A DNA stretch of 64,000 bases, taken from Eledone cirrhosa. Taxonomy: Eukaryota. The stretch covers positions 192,386,001 through 192,450,000 of the forward strand of contig OZ024740.1 of NCBI GenBank assembly GCA_964016885.1, given 5' to 3'. The position numbers and the translations under genes were made by a program. A model generated the notes under the pieces. It was not told where the DNA came from and did not search any database. It worked only from the letters and a program-made list of their open reading frames with translations. Positions 38,682 to 53,147 of this stretch are shown here, in pieces (within the stretch, counting starts at the first letter, position 1; each line of letters opens with the position of its first letter).

Positions 38682-38758
38682 AACGAAGGAAATGTGGTAA
38701 GGAACCAGGTGGACCATAACGCACCAAAATACTCAATACTTAGGGTCCTACTCGTTCC
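38682..38758 (+). repeat. Internally deleted copy of the 27188 family
   Basis: aacgaaggaaatgtggtaaggaaccaggtggaccataacgcacc...tagggtcctactcgttcc. Confidence 0.75.
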
Positions 38759-38789
<31 letters not shown>

Positions 38790-39257
38790 ATAATAATAAA
38801 TTTGAAGACTGTTATTTTAATAAATATACATTCATACATATACGCAAACACACACAGTAAGGACATGGTGGCAATAAAAACACATTGACATGTTAGTTTC
38901 ACTTCAATTTATTACATTTTTCCAGCTGGTTGTTTAATGACAGTGGGTGTAGTAGAAGACCTACCCTTGAGGAACACATGTTTAAGTTCCATGGCAAAAG
39001 ATATGCATAAGAGGAGGAGGAAGCTATTGGTATCAGAATTGCTGGTGAAATAACTAAACATTTTATAGTATTGTACGACAGCAGATTTAAGGAATGCTTT
39101 GATGAGACCACTATAACCCTGACTATATATTCCAACAACGTAGATAACATCAATTTCGTACTGAAAATACATACGCAGTAGAATCTCAGGAATCAAATAG
39201 GAACACCATGTAAATCTTCAAGCAAATAGCTAACATAATCCAACAGAGTATTAAAAT

Positions 39258-39381
39258 TACGGTGGATTGACAGTATCAGTAGAAGGTCGGAGGTCAGACT
39301 TTGCGATCTGAGTTCAAATCCCGCCGAGGTGTCGATAAAATAAAGTTCCAGTACTCCACTGTGACAAATGTAGAAACAATT
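39258..39381 (+). mobile_element. Short SINE copy
   Basis: ggtggattgacagtatcagtaga..gagttcaaatcccgccgagg..tcgataaaataaagttccag. Confidence 0.75.
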
Positions 39382-40184
39382 CAAATTGCAGACTATTAAA
39401 CACAGACCGTTGGGTAGAAACCATCCACCGCGTGCAGTTCTCTGGCTACAATTAAAGAGATAGTATCTGGGTATATAAATAACTCAGGACCAAATAGACA
39501 AAGAAAATGATGCGAATGTCACTTGCCCCATGTATATGAGCGTATTTTTTTAATATGATACAAAAAATTAAGAAGAAAACTAATAACGTCAACTCGTGGT
39601 ATAACAGCAATAAATATCAGAGTGTAATGTTCGTCAATGCAACCCACACAGGTGGACTAGCTTACAGAATTCGAAGAGCCCTAGAGAAACTAATATTAAA
39701 GGAATAGGAAGACAGACCGTAGCATAGGAGAAATAATATATGAACACAGACGACAACTCCAAGATCTGAAAACCTCATTAGTAGTCCACCAACATGCCAA
39801 AGTGTAACACGGAGTTACACTGGAGAACATAGAAGACATCGTATCCACATACAGAAACGACGTAATGCTCCGATAAATTACAGATGCGACAAACATAAAC
39901 GAACGCCGAACAACAGTAGACAGACAACATAATTGGAATCGCAACAACATCACAACTGGTATTTAAGCGTATGGCAAAGGCATACAGAGACACATAAGAA
40001 CCAAATAAATAAAACAAACCTGAGGCACACACATAGAACAAGAAACCAACTAGAGACAAGTAAATAAACGTATAGATAAATAGATAACCACACACATACG
40101 CGGATATAACGCATGCACAATCCAAGTACACAACACACGAAAACAAGATCTTGTAAGATAGAGCAAATGAGAGACACAACTTTA

Positions 40185-40226
40185 GTCACTGAGGTGGGCA
40201 TAGAATGTGTAACGAAAGAACTTTGA
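40185..40226 (+). ncRNA. Degenerate hammerhead motif, homologous to 30394-30436
   Basis: GTCA-[CTGAGGT]-gggcatagaatgtgtaac-[GAAA]-GAACTT-TGA. Confidence 0.45.
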
Positions 40227-40674
40227 AAATAAGTACAAAACCAACCAACCAACCAACCAACCAACTGGAAATCTATATATAATATAAAATAAATATCTTT
40301 ATTGTCTGGTTGTTTGCTTGAATCACATAAAAAACTGTGCACACACACACACATAGAGACTCTCTCTCTCACACACACACACTCGCAAAAACACACATTA
40401 TCAGTTGAAGGTTTAACAATATTACGTTAGCTTTTTATAAAGTCGTTATACAGAATAAAAATTGATACTATTTGACTAGACAACCGATCAAATACAGTCG
40501 CTTTCTCTTTTATCCGTCTTCTCTCAACCTTCTACCTCAGTTCGTTGTAATAAATTGAAAAGGATCCAAGTGCATACGTTTTACTGTTAGCATGACCAAT
40601 ACGTTTTCAGGTAAGAAATCTTGCAAAATAAAAAGAAACTAGTATATGTATATATGTATTTATTAATATAACAT

Positions 40675-41490
40675 TGTTCTATTTATTTGCCACGAGGGCA
40701 CAAAAGAAAGGGACACATACATCTTTTACATAAAATTCGAGTAAAAAAAAAAATGTAATAACAAATAAAATTATAACAAAAAGGTCCTCAATAGGGAGTG
40801 ATCATTTTGGCGTCACATACACCCCCGAAAAAAAATGTGGCACCCCTTCTCTACGGGAGCACAAAGAGAGGGTGCTCCCTTCTTCCTTCATCCTTTTCCA
40901 CCTACAGGCTGATATAGAGAGAAGGCCCATTCACACGGGCCATTCTCGCAACTTTCACCAACCTTTCATAAAACTGGCTGTGGTGGAGCACCTCTCTCTC
41001 CATCCTGATCTTTCTTCCGAAATGGTATCGGAAGAAAAGGACCAGTTGTTGGCCGGAAAGAAAGGTGTCCGACCTCAGCCTTTGTAGACGCGTCCACCAT
41101 ACAACCTCTTTTACCTTGGCTATTACACAGAGGAAGACCGCCTCTCCTTCATTTTTGAAGGGGGGAGGCGGCTTGATCGTTACAATGGACTCGGTGGTCA
41201 ACTTAATTGGCCCCACCCGTGACAGCAGTTGTTCGACATAGCCCCACATATCGGTAACACCCGGGCAGTTTACCAATGCGTGCGCGACGGTTTCATCGTC
41301 GCGCACGCACCTGGGACAGATCTTTTCCGAGGGGTCCCTACGCGGGCGCCCGTGTCTGTAGAGCTTATCCCGAACTGGCAGTGCCCCTCGGTAGCACTGC
41401 CAGGCCAAGGACTTCTGGAAGTTGTCCATAGCTCCCGGGCCGAAAGTACTCCCGGTTAGGCTGACCAGTTCGTCCCCCTCCATGCCTAGG
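40675..41490 (-). mobile_element. 3' fragment of a Tx1 LINE (same family as 53920-59661)
   Basis: ORF 40902-41483 (MDNFQKSLAWQCYRGALPV..KICPRC..ETVAHALVNC) is highly similar to 58918-59445; 3' UTR ends in aataaa. Confidence 0.9.
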
Positions 41491-41962
41491 GTATATATGT
41501 ATATATAACATATTACAGTTCAAACAAAGAATAGATGCTTACACCGTATATATATGTACACACACACACAAACACACACACACACATGGACACACATACA
41601 CACACACACACATGTATATATATATAACATAAAAATTAAAAAAAACACAGAGTGGAATGCAAGTGACAGAGATTACAAGGGAATAGTATAATAATTAAAG
41701 AGGCATTAAGGTCGAAAGTTACTCGTAAAACGAGGACACTAGTAGTACATACGTAAACGTATAGAGAGTGTAAATGTGTTAGGCATATACAGGAAGGAAA
41801 TTGTTTACTTTTAATTTTAATTATTGTACAATTCTCTTGTAATCTATGTCGCATCCATTCCACTCTGTAAATACGAAACTCTTGTTAACAGCATTAGTAT
41901 TCATGTATCTATGTGATTGTTCAGTTGAATAGGCGGTTAATTATATGTACAAACATTGCTAG

Positions 41963-42009
41963 TGCTCTGATGATTCCATTCGAAAGTTTAGAAGAAACGA
42001 TTGTCAGCA
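41963..42009 (+). ncRNA. Type-I hammerhead ribozyme
   Basis: TGCT-[CTGATGA]-TTC..(14 nt)..GAA-[GAAA]-CGATT-GTC^-AGCA, about 45 nt upstream of a (TA)n tract. Confidence 0.7.
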
Positions 42010-42052
42010 ATACCATGATTTGAATATAGGTTTGTTTATTGTGTAATTTATA

Positions 42053-42129
<77 letters not shown>

Positions 42130-42334
42130 CATATATATATACATACACATATGTATACATACACATATGTATACATGTATATGTATACATACACATATAT
42201 ATATATATATATATATATAAATGTATATATATGTATATTTACATATACATATATATATATTATTTATATATGTGTATATATATGTATGCGTATATATATG
42301 TGTGTATATACATATATATATACAGAGACACACC

Positions 42335-42400
<66 letters not shown>

Positions 42401-43668
42401 TATATATATATATATATACATATTTATACATATATATATATGAGGATATATATGCTTATTTATATCAATTAATCATACTCATGTAAGAAACAATTTACCA
42501 ATAGATATATTTTGTATTAATATGTTTTAAACCATTGAGTTGATAATTATTTGACAGGAGAAGCAATTTGAGTTAAACAAAAATATCAGTTCGACTTAAA
42601 CTGACTATCTTCTAATTCATTTTTCCATCTTAAATTTACTATAAAATTAATTGTTTCTGGAAAATTTAACTCACATTACAATTTCGGTATATCACCCTAC
42701 AGCAAAGTTGGTAAATCGCAACTGCATCACAAAATAATTAAATAAAAATGTACTAACTTAATATCAACTCTTACAAAATCCTAGATTAGTTTTAGATGAA
42801 CACATATTTATGGAGAATCTATATACGATTTAACCAAAAATTTGGCACTACATTTTCTTAGCTTCAGGAATGTTTGAGATAAAATCATAATTATACACAA
42901 TGTGCTATAATTTACACATGACTGGATATATGTAAGCAAACATTGCTATTTATAGTGACCTCAAAAATGATTGATATGCGAAAGAATTCTAATTAACTGG
43001 ACTTACATTGTTTACTATTTCGACGAAATAGTAAACACTTATAAGCCTAAATATATTTTACATTGCATTCAATATATACACCAGATACTTACCCAAGAGC
43101 TTAATGTTAAATATCCTTTTCTCGGTATGGTATTATTTCCCTATTAATTTAAGTTACAATTCATGTGAACAGGGGGGAATATTAAGCATTCTCCTAATAA
43201 AGAACATAAAGATTTTAGAAGCTTTATAAATCATAAATTATAATCTGTTCGTAAACAAAATAAAACCCGTAACAAAGAAATATATATATGTGTGAGAGAG
43301 GGTTCCTATATGCGTGTCTATTTAGAATGCCAATAGCCATGAATTTGCAAACGGAAAAATTTACAGTTACCTGTATCATACTATAATCTATTAAATCTAT
43401 TATAATGATGTTACATGTAATAATCGGTTACATAAATCTAGTTAGATTTTGCTGAGAAACAAAACAAAAACTTTTCCTCTTCATGACTCAACAGCTCATT
43501 GATGATACATGATTACATATATTGCTTGTATTACTCTATGTGTGAAACCGAATGCTCTGTTCTACTCACCCTCTTTCTCTCCTATATATATATATATATA
43601 TATTATATAAATATATATGATGATTTCTAAAGAATGAAACAGTTCTAGTCATGTAGAATCTCATCTAT

Positions 43669-43729
<61 letters not shown>

Positions 43730-43749
43730 TATAAATATATATATATATG

Positions 43750-43862
<113 letters not shown>

Positions 43863-44794
43863 TGTGCAGCGATCTTGGATTTGTCTCATAATTATCTTCC
43901 CAATTGTATAGAAGCCATAGGAAGAGTGGCCTAGAAGTTTCAATGGTTGGTTGGGAATATTGAATATACAGATGGATTCCGTTATTATATATAAGACATG
44001 TTTGCGTGAGACAAATATACCTATTCGAAAGGTGGTAGATATCTTAAACTGCAAGAGAAATGTTAATATATATATATCAACCCAAATGCTAGCAGACGAA
44101 CAATGACGCTATGATAAAAACGGAGAAAATAATAATTTCATTATTGCTCACAAAGGAACGATGGAAAATAAAAAAATAATAAATTATTATAAATGAATGG
44201 CCAGCTAATGATGAGTAGGTATACTTATAAGTTATTGGGTGTCGCATTTTATACATTATTTGTCAGATAACCTCGAGTGACCTGCCTATTTTCTAGCTTC
44301 CTTATTCAACAGAGCAATAATACCCAATTTCTTTACACGGAGAGATCAGTTTAAGAATATATACAAACTAGGAATTAGCTATATGGTGAGGTTACTTTGC
44401 ATAATTAATTGCTTCATAGTTAACAAGGGTGTGAAGTAATTCTGGAATAGGTATGTATCCAAACTCACCTAACGTAAGCTTAATGTGTACTTAAAAAATG
44501 AGCATTCTCTTTGCCATTGTTTTCGAAATACAAGGTAACAATACATTATGGATATTCATGAAAACAATATCACTCTTAAATATTATACGTACGCCAGTTT
44601 CCCACTAATTTCATCGGAGATCACATTTATTATTGAACAAGTATTTTTTAGGAGGTGGGGTCTTTCATGTCCATCTTATATATTTTCTCAATTATATGAT
44701 AATTACTGTTTTATACTGCGAATGTACGTAGATATGATAAGCAACACTTCTTACGTTAGCAAAATTATCAACTTTCATTAAATCTGTAATTAAA

Positions 44795-45363
44795 ATAAAT
44801 ATTTCTACTTTTAGCACAAGGCCAGTAATTACATAGTCAATTACTGGTACTCTATTTTATTGACCCCGTAAGAATGAAAGGCAAAGTTAACCTCGCCGGG
44901 ATTTGAACTCAGATCGTAAAGGTACGTAGCTATACCGGAAAGCATGTCCGACCCTCTACCGATACTGCCAATTACAATGATTGTTTCTACTTTTGGCACA
45001 AGGCCAGCTATTATCACAGTGAATTACTAGTACTTTATTTTATCGACCCCGTAAGGATGAAAGGCAAAGTTAACCTCGGCTGGGTTTGAACTCAGACTGT
45101 AAATGACCGTAACTCCATACTGCAAAGCATAGCGTCTGACCCTCTACCGATACTGCCAATCCACCGCCAATTAAAAATAATTGTTTCTACTTTTGGCACA
45201 AGGCCAGCAATAACCCAGTGTATTTCTGGTACTTTATTTTATCGATCCCATAAAGATGAAAGGCAAAGTTAACCTCGGCTGGATTTGAATTCAGAATGGC
45301 AAGGGCCGTAACTCTATGCGTCAAAACATGGCGTCCGACCCTATAACGATACTGCCAATCCCA
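44795..45363 (-). mobile_element. Three head-to-tail SINE copies (~44795-44972, 44978-45170, 45174-45363)
   Basis: Each has tttctactttt(g/a)gcacaaggccag...gaaaggcaaagttaacctcg...tttgaa(c/t)tcaga...cgatactgccaat. Confidence 0.9.
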
Positions 45364-46667
45364 TAATATAAAGAACAGCCTCATACATCATCAATCCAAT
45401 AGTAAAAACAGATTGGATCTCAGTTTTTTGCAATGTTTTACATATGCAAATTATAGCTAGAAGTGTTAGAAACATATTCTCTGATATAAGAATTATTTTG
45501 TTCTCTTTAGAACATTGTAAGTTCATTCTTATTTGAAAAGACGATTCCAGTCTTGTTTGATTTTACGTCCAATCATTCAATAGAAAAAAACATTAACATC
45601 CTTTCACATGTTACAAAGATCGCAAACTCTATAGGCTATAAAATATCACCAATAAATTTGCTTCGATATCATTTAGAAGGATAATATTGCTTCCAGTATT
45701 GATAAAACATTTTATGGTATATCATACATTGAATAACTATCCATCCTCAGCTTATAGCTTTCATCCCAACACCTACAAATCCTGGAGAAGAAAAGCATGT
45801 TGTCTATTTTATCTATACGAACCAGTTATATAATGTAATATCGTTATTTCGTTATCCAATACAAGTGTTTATATCGTCACACCAAATATATACACCCCAC
45901 CAATATTGATGCTTCCTTTACGATATCATCTTGCAAGCCATATGACACAATTCTTAATCTACTAAGTGTGATGCAATTAAAGGAACACGATAATGCTTGA
46001 ATCAACGAAGAAGCTACACTGTAGACGCTAGGAATCTATCAATAACTGCTAAAGTTTCGCTCACTCACAAATCGCAATCTGTTTTCTAAAAGAAATAAAA
46101 CGATATTTGAAAATGTAATCTGATAAGGATAGACATGTCTGGAAGTACTTTAATATAGTTATGTTTGTTACTTTCTCTATTTCACACTTTCTCCTTCCAT
46201 GGAATAAATCGGTTGTGATCAGATTTGGTCGGAACTAACCCAAGTCAAATAAACTAAAAATAGTAAAATATCATCATTTTCTTATTTCGATAAGATTAAC
46301 ATAAATTTCATGACATCAATTTTTACATCAGCATATGTAACGGCCGTCCAAATTGCATGTGGTTAAGCGGTTTGCTTCGCAACGTGTTCTAATCTGTTGC
46401 TTGAATGTATACTGTAGCCCCTGATGAAACATATATTCTAAGAGAAATTATGTTAGAACAGTCATCATATTTGAGAATTTTAAGGAACACTAAGTTTAAA
46501 TAAAACTACAAGTTTTACATATTACGAGATCTTTGAAGTATTGAAATGTGTAAACACTTTCAACTATTCATTCGAACGCAGAAAAACATGGGTTTCAGAC
46601 AATATATATATGTGTGCGTGTGTGTGTGTGTGTGTATGTGTGTGTGTGTGTGTGCGCGTGTGTGCGT

Positions 46668-46736
<69 letters not shown>

Positions 46737-47169
46737 CGTGCGTGCGCGCGCGCGTTTGCGTGTCTGTGCGTGGTTTTTCTCCCCTCTACAAGATTTCTTG
46801 TTTTCGAGTTTCCCTTATCAGTATTACGATTTATATCAAGTGATTACGCCAAAAGAAATTAATTTTCACCCATAAATCTTTCTTTTTTTTTCACATTTGC
46901 ACATACAGTAGTAATGCATTTTCCTTATATTAACCCCGATAGATCCTACTCTATTTTAATTACAGATTATGTTAACCATGAAATACTTTCAATCGCTGTT
47001 ACATATCAGCATATATACTTGTTCAAAATATCTGTTCAAAATCAGTATGCATATTAAATAAAATCCATTTATTATTTTCAAATACAGAATATGCATTTCG
47101 TAATATTTGATTACAGAAAATAACAAACACCTCTATCATTCTCAATCTTGCTCAATACACACTTCTTTC

Positions 47170-47266
<97 letters not shown>

Positions 47267-47288
47267 TCAGCGAGATTCGCACTTCGGC

Positions 47289-47393
<105 letters not shown>

Positions 47394-48395
47394 CTGAATA
47401 ATATGCAATGCATATGTAATGCACACGTGTAAGTGTTACGCAATAAATCTTTTTCCCACTCATCTGGATTATGGTGTATTTATATATAATTGTGTATATA
47501 TATATATGTATATATATATATAATATATATATATGTGTGTGTGTGTGTGTGTATGTATGCATACACATATGTAACATGTATATATGTATGTATGTATGTA
47601 TACATATATATAATTAGCAAATAGGTTATAGCTCTACATGGCTGAATACAATAAATATAATCTGAGTTTTCCAAATACTCATAATAACTATCGATGTGTT
47701 TGCAGTAGAATGACCCGTAATTCTTGCTCTTTTGAAGGCATGTAAGCACACACATATATATACAATAATGATATTTGCGATGGCCAGATGTACATATTCA
47801 TAATTCATTGTATTCATAATTTGCCGTGATAAGTATTTCTATGGCGTAATGTTGTTTTCTCGCAACCACCATTACGCTTTATTCAGACAACATAATGTCT
47901 CTTCGTAACATTTATATTGCAATACGGGCTATCGATAAGGAGAAGGGTGAATTCCATGCAGATTCTTTGTGGGTATGTCGTCTTATCAGCTAAAACTTCA
48001 CATTACATTCGGACGCATTTAGGGAAGTGGGAGATTTATTAACTACTGGCTACCAAATATCATTTGTAAGACTGGATCCAATCTTCTTCTCAACAAGGAA
48101 GATGAAAAAACAGCCTCAACACTTAATTTTGAATCTTAAATTGTTAATTCTTTAAATTCTTTTTAACGAAATTGTAATAATCCACATTTAATAATATGGA
48201 TTTCACTGACACATTGAAACCCGTTATATTTTATATATTCAATATACAATATAACACTCTTTTATAAAAGAATTGTCCCTCTCAGTTTTTCAATAATGTC
48301 ACTTTGTCGAATCAAAGAAAAATATAATCAAATCCTTAAATATATTTTCCGTTCTATTTCCAATTTATCCTCCCCCCATCTCACCACCCCCTCTA

Positions 48396-48511
<116 letters not shown>

Positions 48512-48778
48512 GGTGGTCCTTTTCCATATTTTCATTTTTGCAATACACTCTCGTTATATGCAAATCGGCAGTATATTCAACTAATTCAAAAATATATGAA
48601 ATCCAACAACCCTGTTATCATTTGCAGTTACATATTAATACTCCCCTCGGGAGTGGCCTACGTGAACGCTAATCATATTTAGAATGATACAAAATACGTG
48701 GAATTCTTAACCTACATACACTTTAATTGAATAATTAAGATTACACAAAAAAATTCACTAAAACTTAATTAAATGAAC

Positions 48779-48842
<64 letters not shown>

Positions 48843-49251
48843 GCACACACACATATATATATATTTGTAAATAGTTATAATTTATTAACTTCAACTCATA
48901 CATTGCAGACGTCATTCTTTTTGTCCTTGGTGCATTTACTCTAGCGAACACTACAAACCAGGTCTAAACAAAGTTGCATAGTGTTTAGAATAGTCTGGTA
49001 ACGCATTAATGGTAAATTAATGGCATTGCAAGAATAATACTATGGAATATTCATTTCATAAGATGTATATCTAAAGGGCTATATTCAAAACATTAATTCG
49101 TTTTTCGGAGGTTAATTGAACAAACTATATTTCTCGTTATTGCCCATTACAAATAAATTGTGTCACAGACGCTTTACAAAAATCGTTTGGCATAATATAA
49201 AACATCCATAATAGATTACTAATTTTCTGTCAGCTTATTGCATTATTAACG

Positions 49252-49469
<218 letters not shown>

Positions 49470-50129
49470 ATATTGGCAGGCTGTAGCTATATAATTTCTT
49501 TTGAAATATTACCAAACATCAGAGGGCCTTGTTCAATAAGAGGCATTGAAGACAAATAAATAGTATATCAATTAATGATTATTAAATTAAATTTTTATTA
49601 AAAAAGTTTCCGAGACTTACCAGAAAGTTCAAATCTGAAAAGAAAATGAGGATGCAAATTGTTCAAAGATAAACAACTTTCAGACAAATAAAAAAAATCT
49701 ATATTGTAATTAACTCATTTATATTAATATTTGGTATAGGTAAACACGCAATAAAATATTGCAAGTGTAATAACAAAAAACATTGTTGATTCTTATCTAT
49801 CTCTATATACATATGTGTGTGTTTGTGTAAGTGTTTCAGAGCGCAAATGTCATTCATATATATACATTATATATCCTACACACATACACAAACACCACCT
49901 TCAGCCCTCCCCGCTCGGACACCCCACCCCACTCTCCCAACTCCACCCGCTACCACCCCTACACGCCTCACACCCTTCCCCCACTTGTTTATTTTTATGT
50001 TTATTTTTATTTTTATTTGTACTTCTAAAAAAAAAAATCGTTTTTCCTCCCTCCCCACCCCACTTTTTAAAAGATGTCTTTCAACCACTCCTCCACACAC
50101 CCTCGGAACTCTCTGCCTACCCACTTTTC

Positions 50130-50161
50130 TCCTGATGAAGGGCTTATGCTTGAAACGTCGA
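50130..50161 (+). ncRNA. Minimal PLE-type hammerhead motif
   Basis: TC-[CTGATGA]-A-GGGC-ttat-GCTT-[GAAA]-C-GTC^-GA. Lies in a C-rich pLTR-like segment (49870-50242) that ends in (TA)n. Confidence 0.65.
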
Positions 50162-50237
50162 CCCCCCCCTCTCAAAAGCGTGATCCTAATAAACCAATAT
50201 TTGTACTGCCTCTCTATATTTGTTCCTGTCTAAGATT

Positions 50238-50290
<53 letters not shown>

Positions 50291-50384
50291 CCCTTATCGA
50301 GCCTTCTTCGGATTTTAGTCTTCAACATAATAATACTACTACTAATAATAATAATAATAATTACTATTGTTAGTATTATTGCCA

Positions 50385-50602
50385 GGGTTGTGGGTTGGCA
50401 GTATCGATAAAGCGTCGGACATCATGATTCACAACATATAGTTACGTCCCTTTACGTTATGAGTCCAAATCCTATCGAGGTTAGCTTTGCCTTTCATCCA
50501 TACGAGGTCGATAAATAAACCATCAGTAATCCACTGTGATCGATTTAATCAACTATCCTCCCCTCTGCCTTGTGCCTAAAGTACAAATAATTATAATTAT
50601 TA
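50385..50602 (+). mobile_element. SINE copy
   Basis: ttggcagtatcgata..gagtccaaatcc..gcctttcatcc..gaggtcgataaa..ccttgtgcctaaagta. Confidence 0.8.
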
Positions 50603-50699
50603 TTGCCACCCGTCCATCTCGACAGACCATGGATAATTACCTACACGCATGCGGCAGTTTGGGATTCAGTGACTGCAATTAAAAGTACGCTCCTCCGGT

Positions 50700-51025
50700 A
50701 CTATTGCGATGTCTTTCCTTTGAGCGCGCTTTTCCTCGGTGGAAAGTTTCATTCTATCTTCCCGTCGCTCCATGCCCTTGCGCAGCACTCGTCTACTTAG
50801 TGGGCAATCATTTGCCACCTCCTGGCCTCTCTCAATTCAAGATGCCTGCTGTTTGCAGATGACGCAGTATCGTAAGCGCTTTCTGAGGAGGAATTGCAGC
50901 TCTTCTTGGAGAATCTCCCGCGGGCAATCCAGGTATTTAGCCTGACCAATGTATAGTAGGGGGTGCTTGAAACCATCCCCTACTATAACCAACAACCAAT
51001 CTCTCTGGAAGAATTAAACCACCAA
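50700..51025 (+). mobile_element. Decayed LINE RT fragment (RTE-like)
   Basis: Translation from ~50847 reads LLFADDAVS*ALSEEELQLFLENLPRAIQVFSLT. Confidence 0.6.
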
Positions 51026-51026
51026 T

Positions 51027-51070
<44 letters not shown>

Positions 51071-51075
<5 letters not shown>

Positions 51076-51850
51076 GTCCCTCATCAGTGATTTGCCAACC
51101 ATCATTGGTATTTCATCGCATTAAAAATCAGATACCTCAGGTTGGTGCGAGCAATACATAAAATAAGCTATTGGGACAAGTGAAACGCGCAAAGCGAGTG
51201 AGACAAGTAAACAACAGAAGGAAAAGCAAACCAAACGTTGGAAAAACAGCAAGCCACATGATAGTTATCCGATCAGCATAAGCTGGGTGAATTTCATGAG
51301 CGGTCAGAGAAGCAGACCGTACGCCGAAAGAAGGAACCCCACTACTAGCGAACGGGAGGAAGTGAGAAGGGGAGAAACAGGGAGTGAGTGAATGGAAGTG
51401 CGAGGAAGAGGCCAGTCGAGAGAAAAAGTGTAACTGACAGACAGGGCGAAAGAAGGTAAGAGAAACAGAGAGAACGGGGGAGCAGTAAGAGAGAAAGAGA
51501 GAAACATATAATCGCAGTTTAGGTAAATATATATGAAAAACAAGGGGAGAAGAATACTGCATGGTTGCACATGGATTACATATTATAAAATTAGTCCCTC
51601 ATCAGTTATTTGCCAACCATCATTGGTATTTCATCGCATTAAAAATCAGATACCTCAGGTTGGTGCGAGCAATAACTAAAATAAGCTATTGGGACAAGTG
51701 AAACGCGTAAAGCGAGTGAGGCAAGTAAACAACAGAAGGAAAAGCAAACCGAAGGTTGGAAAAACAGCAAGCCACATGATAGTTATCCGATCAGCATAAG
51801 TTGGGTGAATTTCTCTGACCACTCATGAAATTCACCCAGTTTATGCTGAT
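51071..51850 (-). mobile_element. ORF-less pLTR-like module: ~225-bp direct repeat (period 518) plus a short terminal inversion
   Basis: 51071-51295 is repeated at 51589-51813. 51811-51850 is the inverted copy of the repeat end. CTGATGA on the minus strand at 51081-87 and 51599-605. Confidence 0.7.
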
Positions 51851-52047
51851 ATTGTTATGCTTTGAAAGGGTCATGTTGCCAATAAGAAACACACGCACCA
51901 TGAACCTCCCAAAGCATAACAATATCAGTTTCAACACACGTTTTCAGAAAAAGAATCTTGATAAACAAATTCAGAAACGAAATATATATATATATATACT
52001 TAATTATATATATAAATATATATAAACATATATATATATATATATAT

Positions 52048-52233
52048 AGGAACGAGTAGGACCCCGACAGCTGAGCTCAAGCCGTTTCGAATTGAGAATT
52101 GAGAATTAGCCGTCGAAACGGCTTGAGCTCAACCGTCGGGGTCCTATTCGTTCCTATTACCCACTCTACTACCCTAAGTATTGAGTACTTTGGTGCGTTA
52201 TGGTCCACCTGGTACCTTACCACATTTCCTTCG

Positions 52234-52235
<2 letters not shown>
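52048..52235 (-). mobile_element. Second copy of the hairpin-ended TA-embedded element (27188 family)
   Basis: Same arms and the same 80-bp extension, in the opposite orientation, with a different loop sequence. Confidence 0.8.
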
Positions 52236-52308
<73 letters not shown>

Positions 52309-52943
52309 AGAGTATTGAAGTTTGCTTGAAGCTTTGTGGAATAATAAGTAAATCTCTTTAAGTCGTTTGGAAGCCTCTACAATGCAATTGGGTAAATCTC
52401 CGGGTAACAAGATCCGGTGGTGGAGTGAGAGATGTAAGTGGGTGTACGTTGAGATGCGTGGTGTGTATAAGATGTGTAGAAGAATGAAGGAAAGAGTATA
52501 AAGGATAAAATTAAAATAACAACACGAGAAAGAGTTACCTTGGGAGAGATTTAATTGTCCCTATATATTTCGGATTCACATCCATCAACTGGGATTTTTT
52601 TCCGGGGTGGGGGAAAGGTTGTCTGTCGGAAAGGTGCGAAACGCGTCCTCCGCTGTTTGTTGTTTTGAATATCTGAGGTATTCAGCAGAGCGCGCGTGCG
52701 CATGAAATGGGGTCGGTCGGGCAGAGGTCAGCGGCCGAATGAGGGAGTGGGGTGGCGCTAGCTGTCAGTGCATTCTCTTCCTGTTTGTTAAATGTTACTG
52801 TGTGTGTGTGTGCGTGTGTTGTTGTCTCGCTTGAGTGTGTGTGTGTGTGCGTGTGTTGTTGCCTTGTTCCTCTGTATTGGCAGTGTAGTATGTTCGTATG
52901 GTGGAATGCTACTGTGTGTGTGTGTGTGTAGTTGCTCTAGTTT

Positions 52944-53147
52944 GTGGAACACACTAAAACCAGGGCCTCGTCTTTCCGGAAACACATAGACAAATGCGGA
53001 AACAAAGACGGAAGGCCCATTGCCACAATTCTAGCGACCGAAAGAAACGTCGGCACATTACGTATCGAGGAAGCGCTTTTTATCAAACGACTGCAACAGC
53101 AAATAAACAATCGATCCGAGAGAAGCGAAATGAGATGGCTGGTTTAA
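52944..53147 (+). pseudogene. C-terminal GIY-YIG fragment of a PLE
   Basis: H..C, IL..E, R.I.EALFI...P/Q.IN pattern typical of PLE endonucleases. Confidence 0.75.

Larger units (their letters stand above)
38930..40285 (+). mobile_element. Decayed Penelope-like element interrupted by a SINE
   Basis: RT remnant LEEHMFKFHGKRYA*EEEEAIGIRIAGEITKHFIVLYD...SNNVDNINFV. GIY-YIG C-terminal remnant YEHRRQLQDLKTSLVVHQH (~39740). The 3' end shares an HHR-like motif and (CCAA)n with the 27.5-30.5 kb PLE. Confidence 0.6.

Noticed and set aside
44795-45363. Regularly spaced repeats as a CRISPR-like array
   Set aside because: Eukaryotic context; the whole units are homologous SINEs with no unique spacers.
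46340-46465. CTGATGA plus an aacata/tatgtt hairpin
   Set aside because: No GAAA-stem III in register; the context resembles a decayed SINE.
52617-52655. CTGTCGG...GAAACGCGTC, a possible second HHR in the pLTR
   Set aside because: No stem II or stem I pairing.
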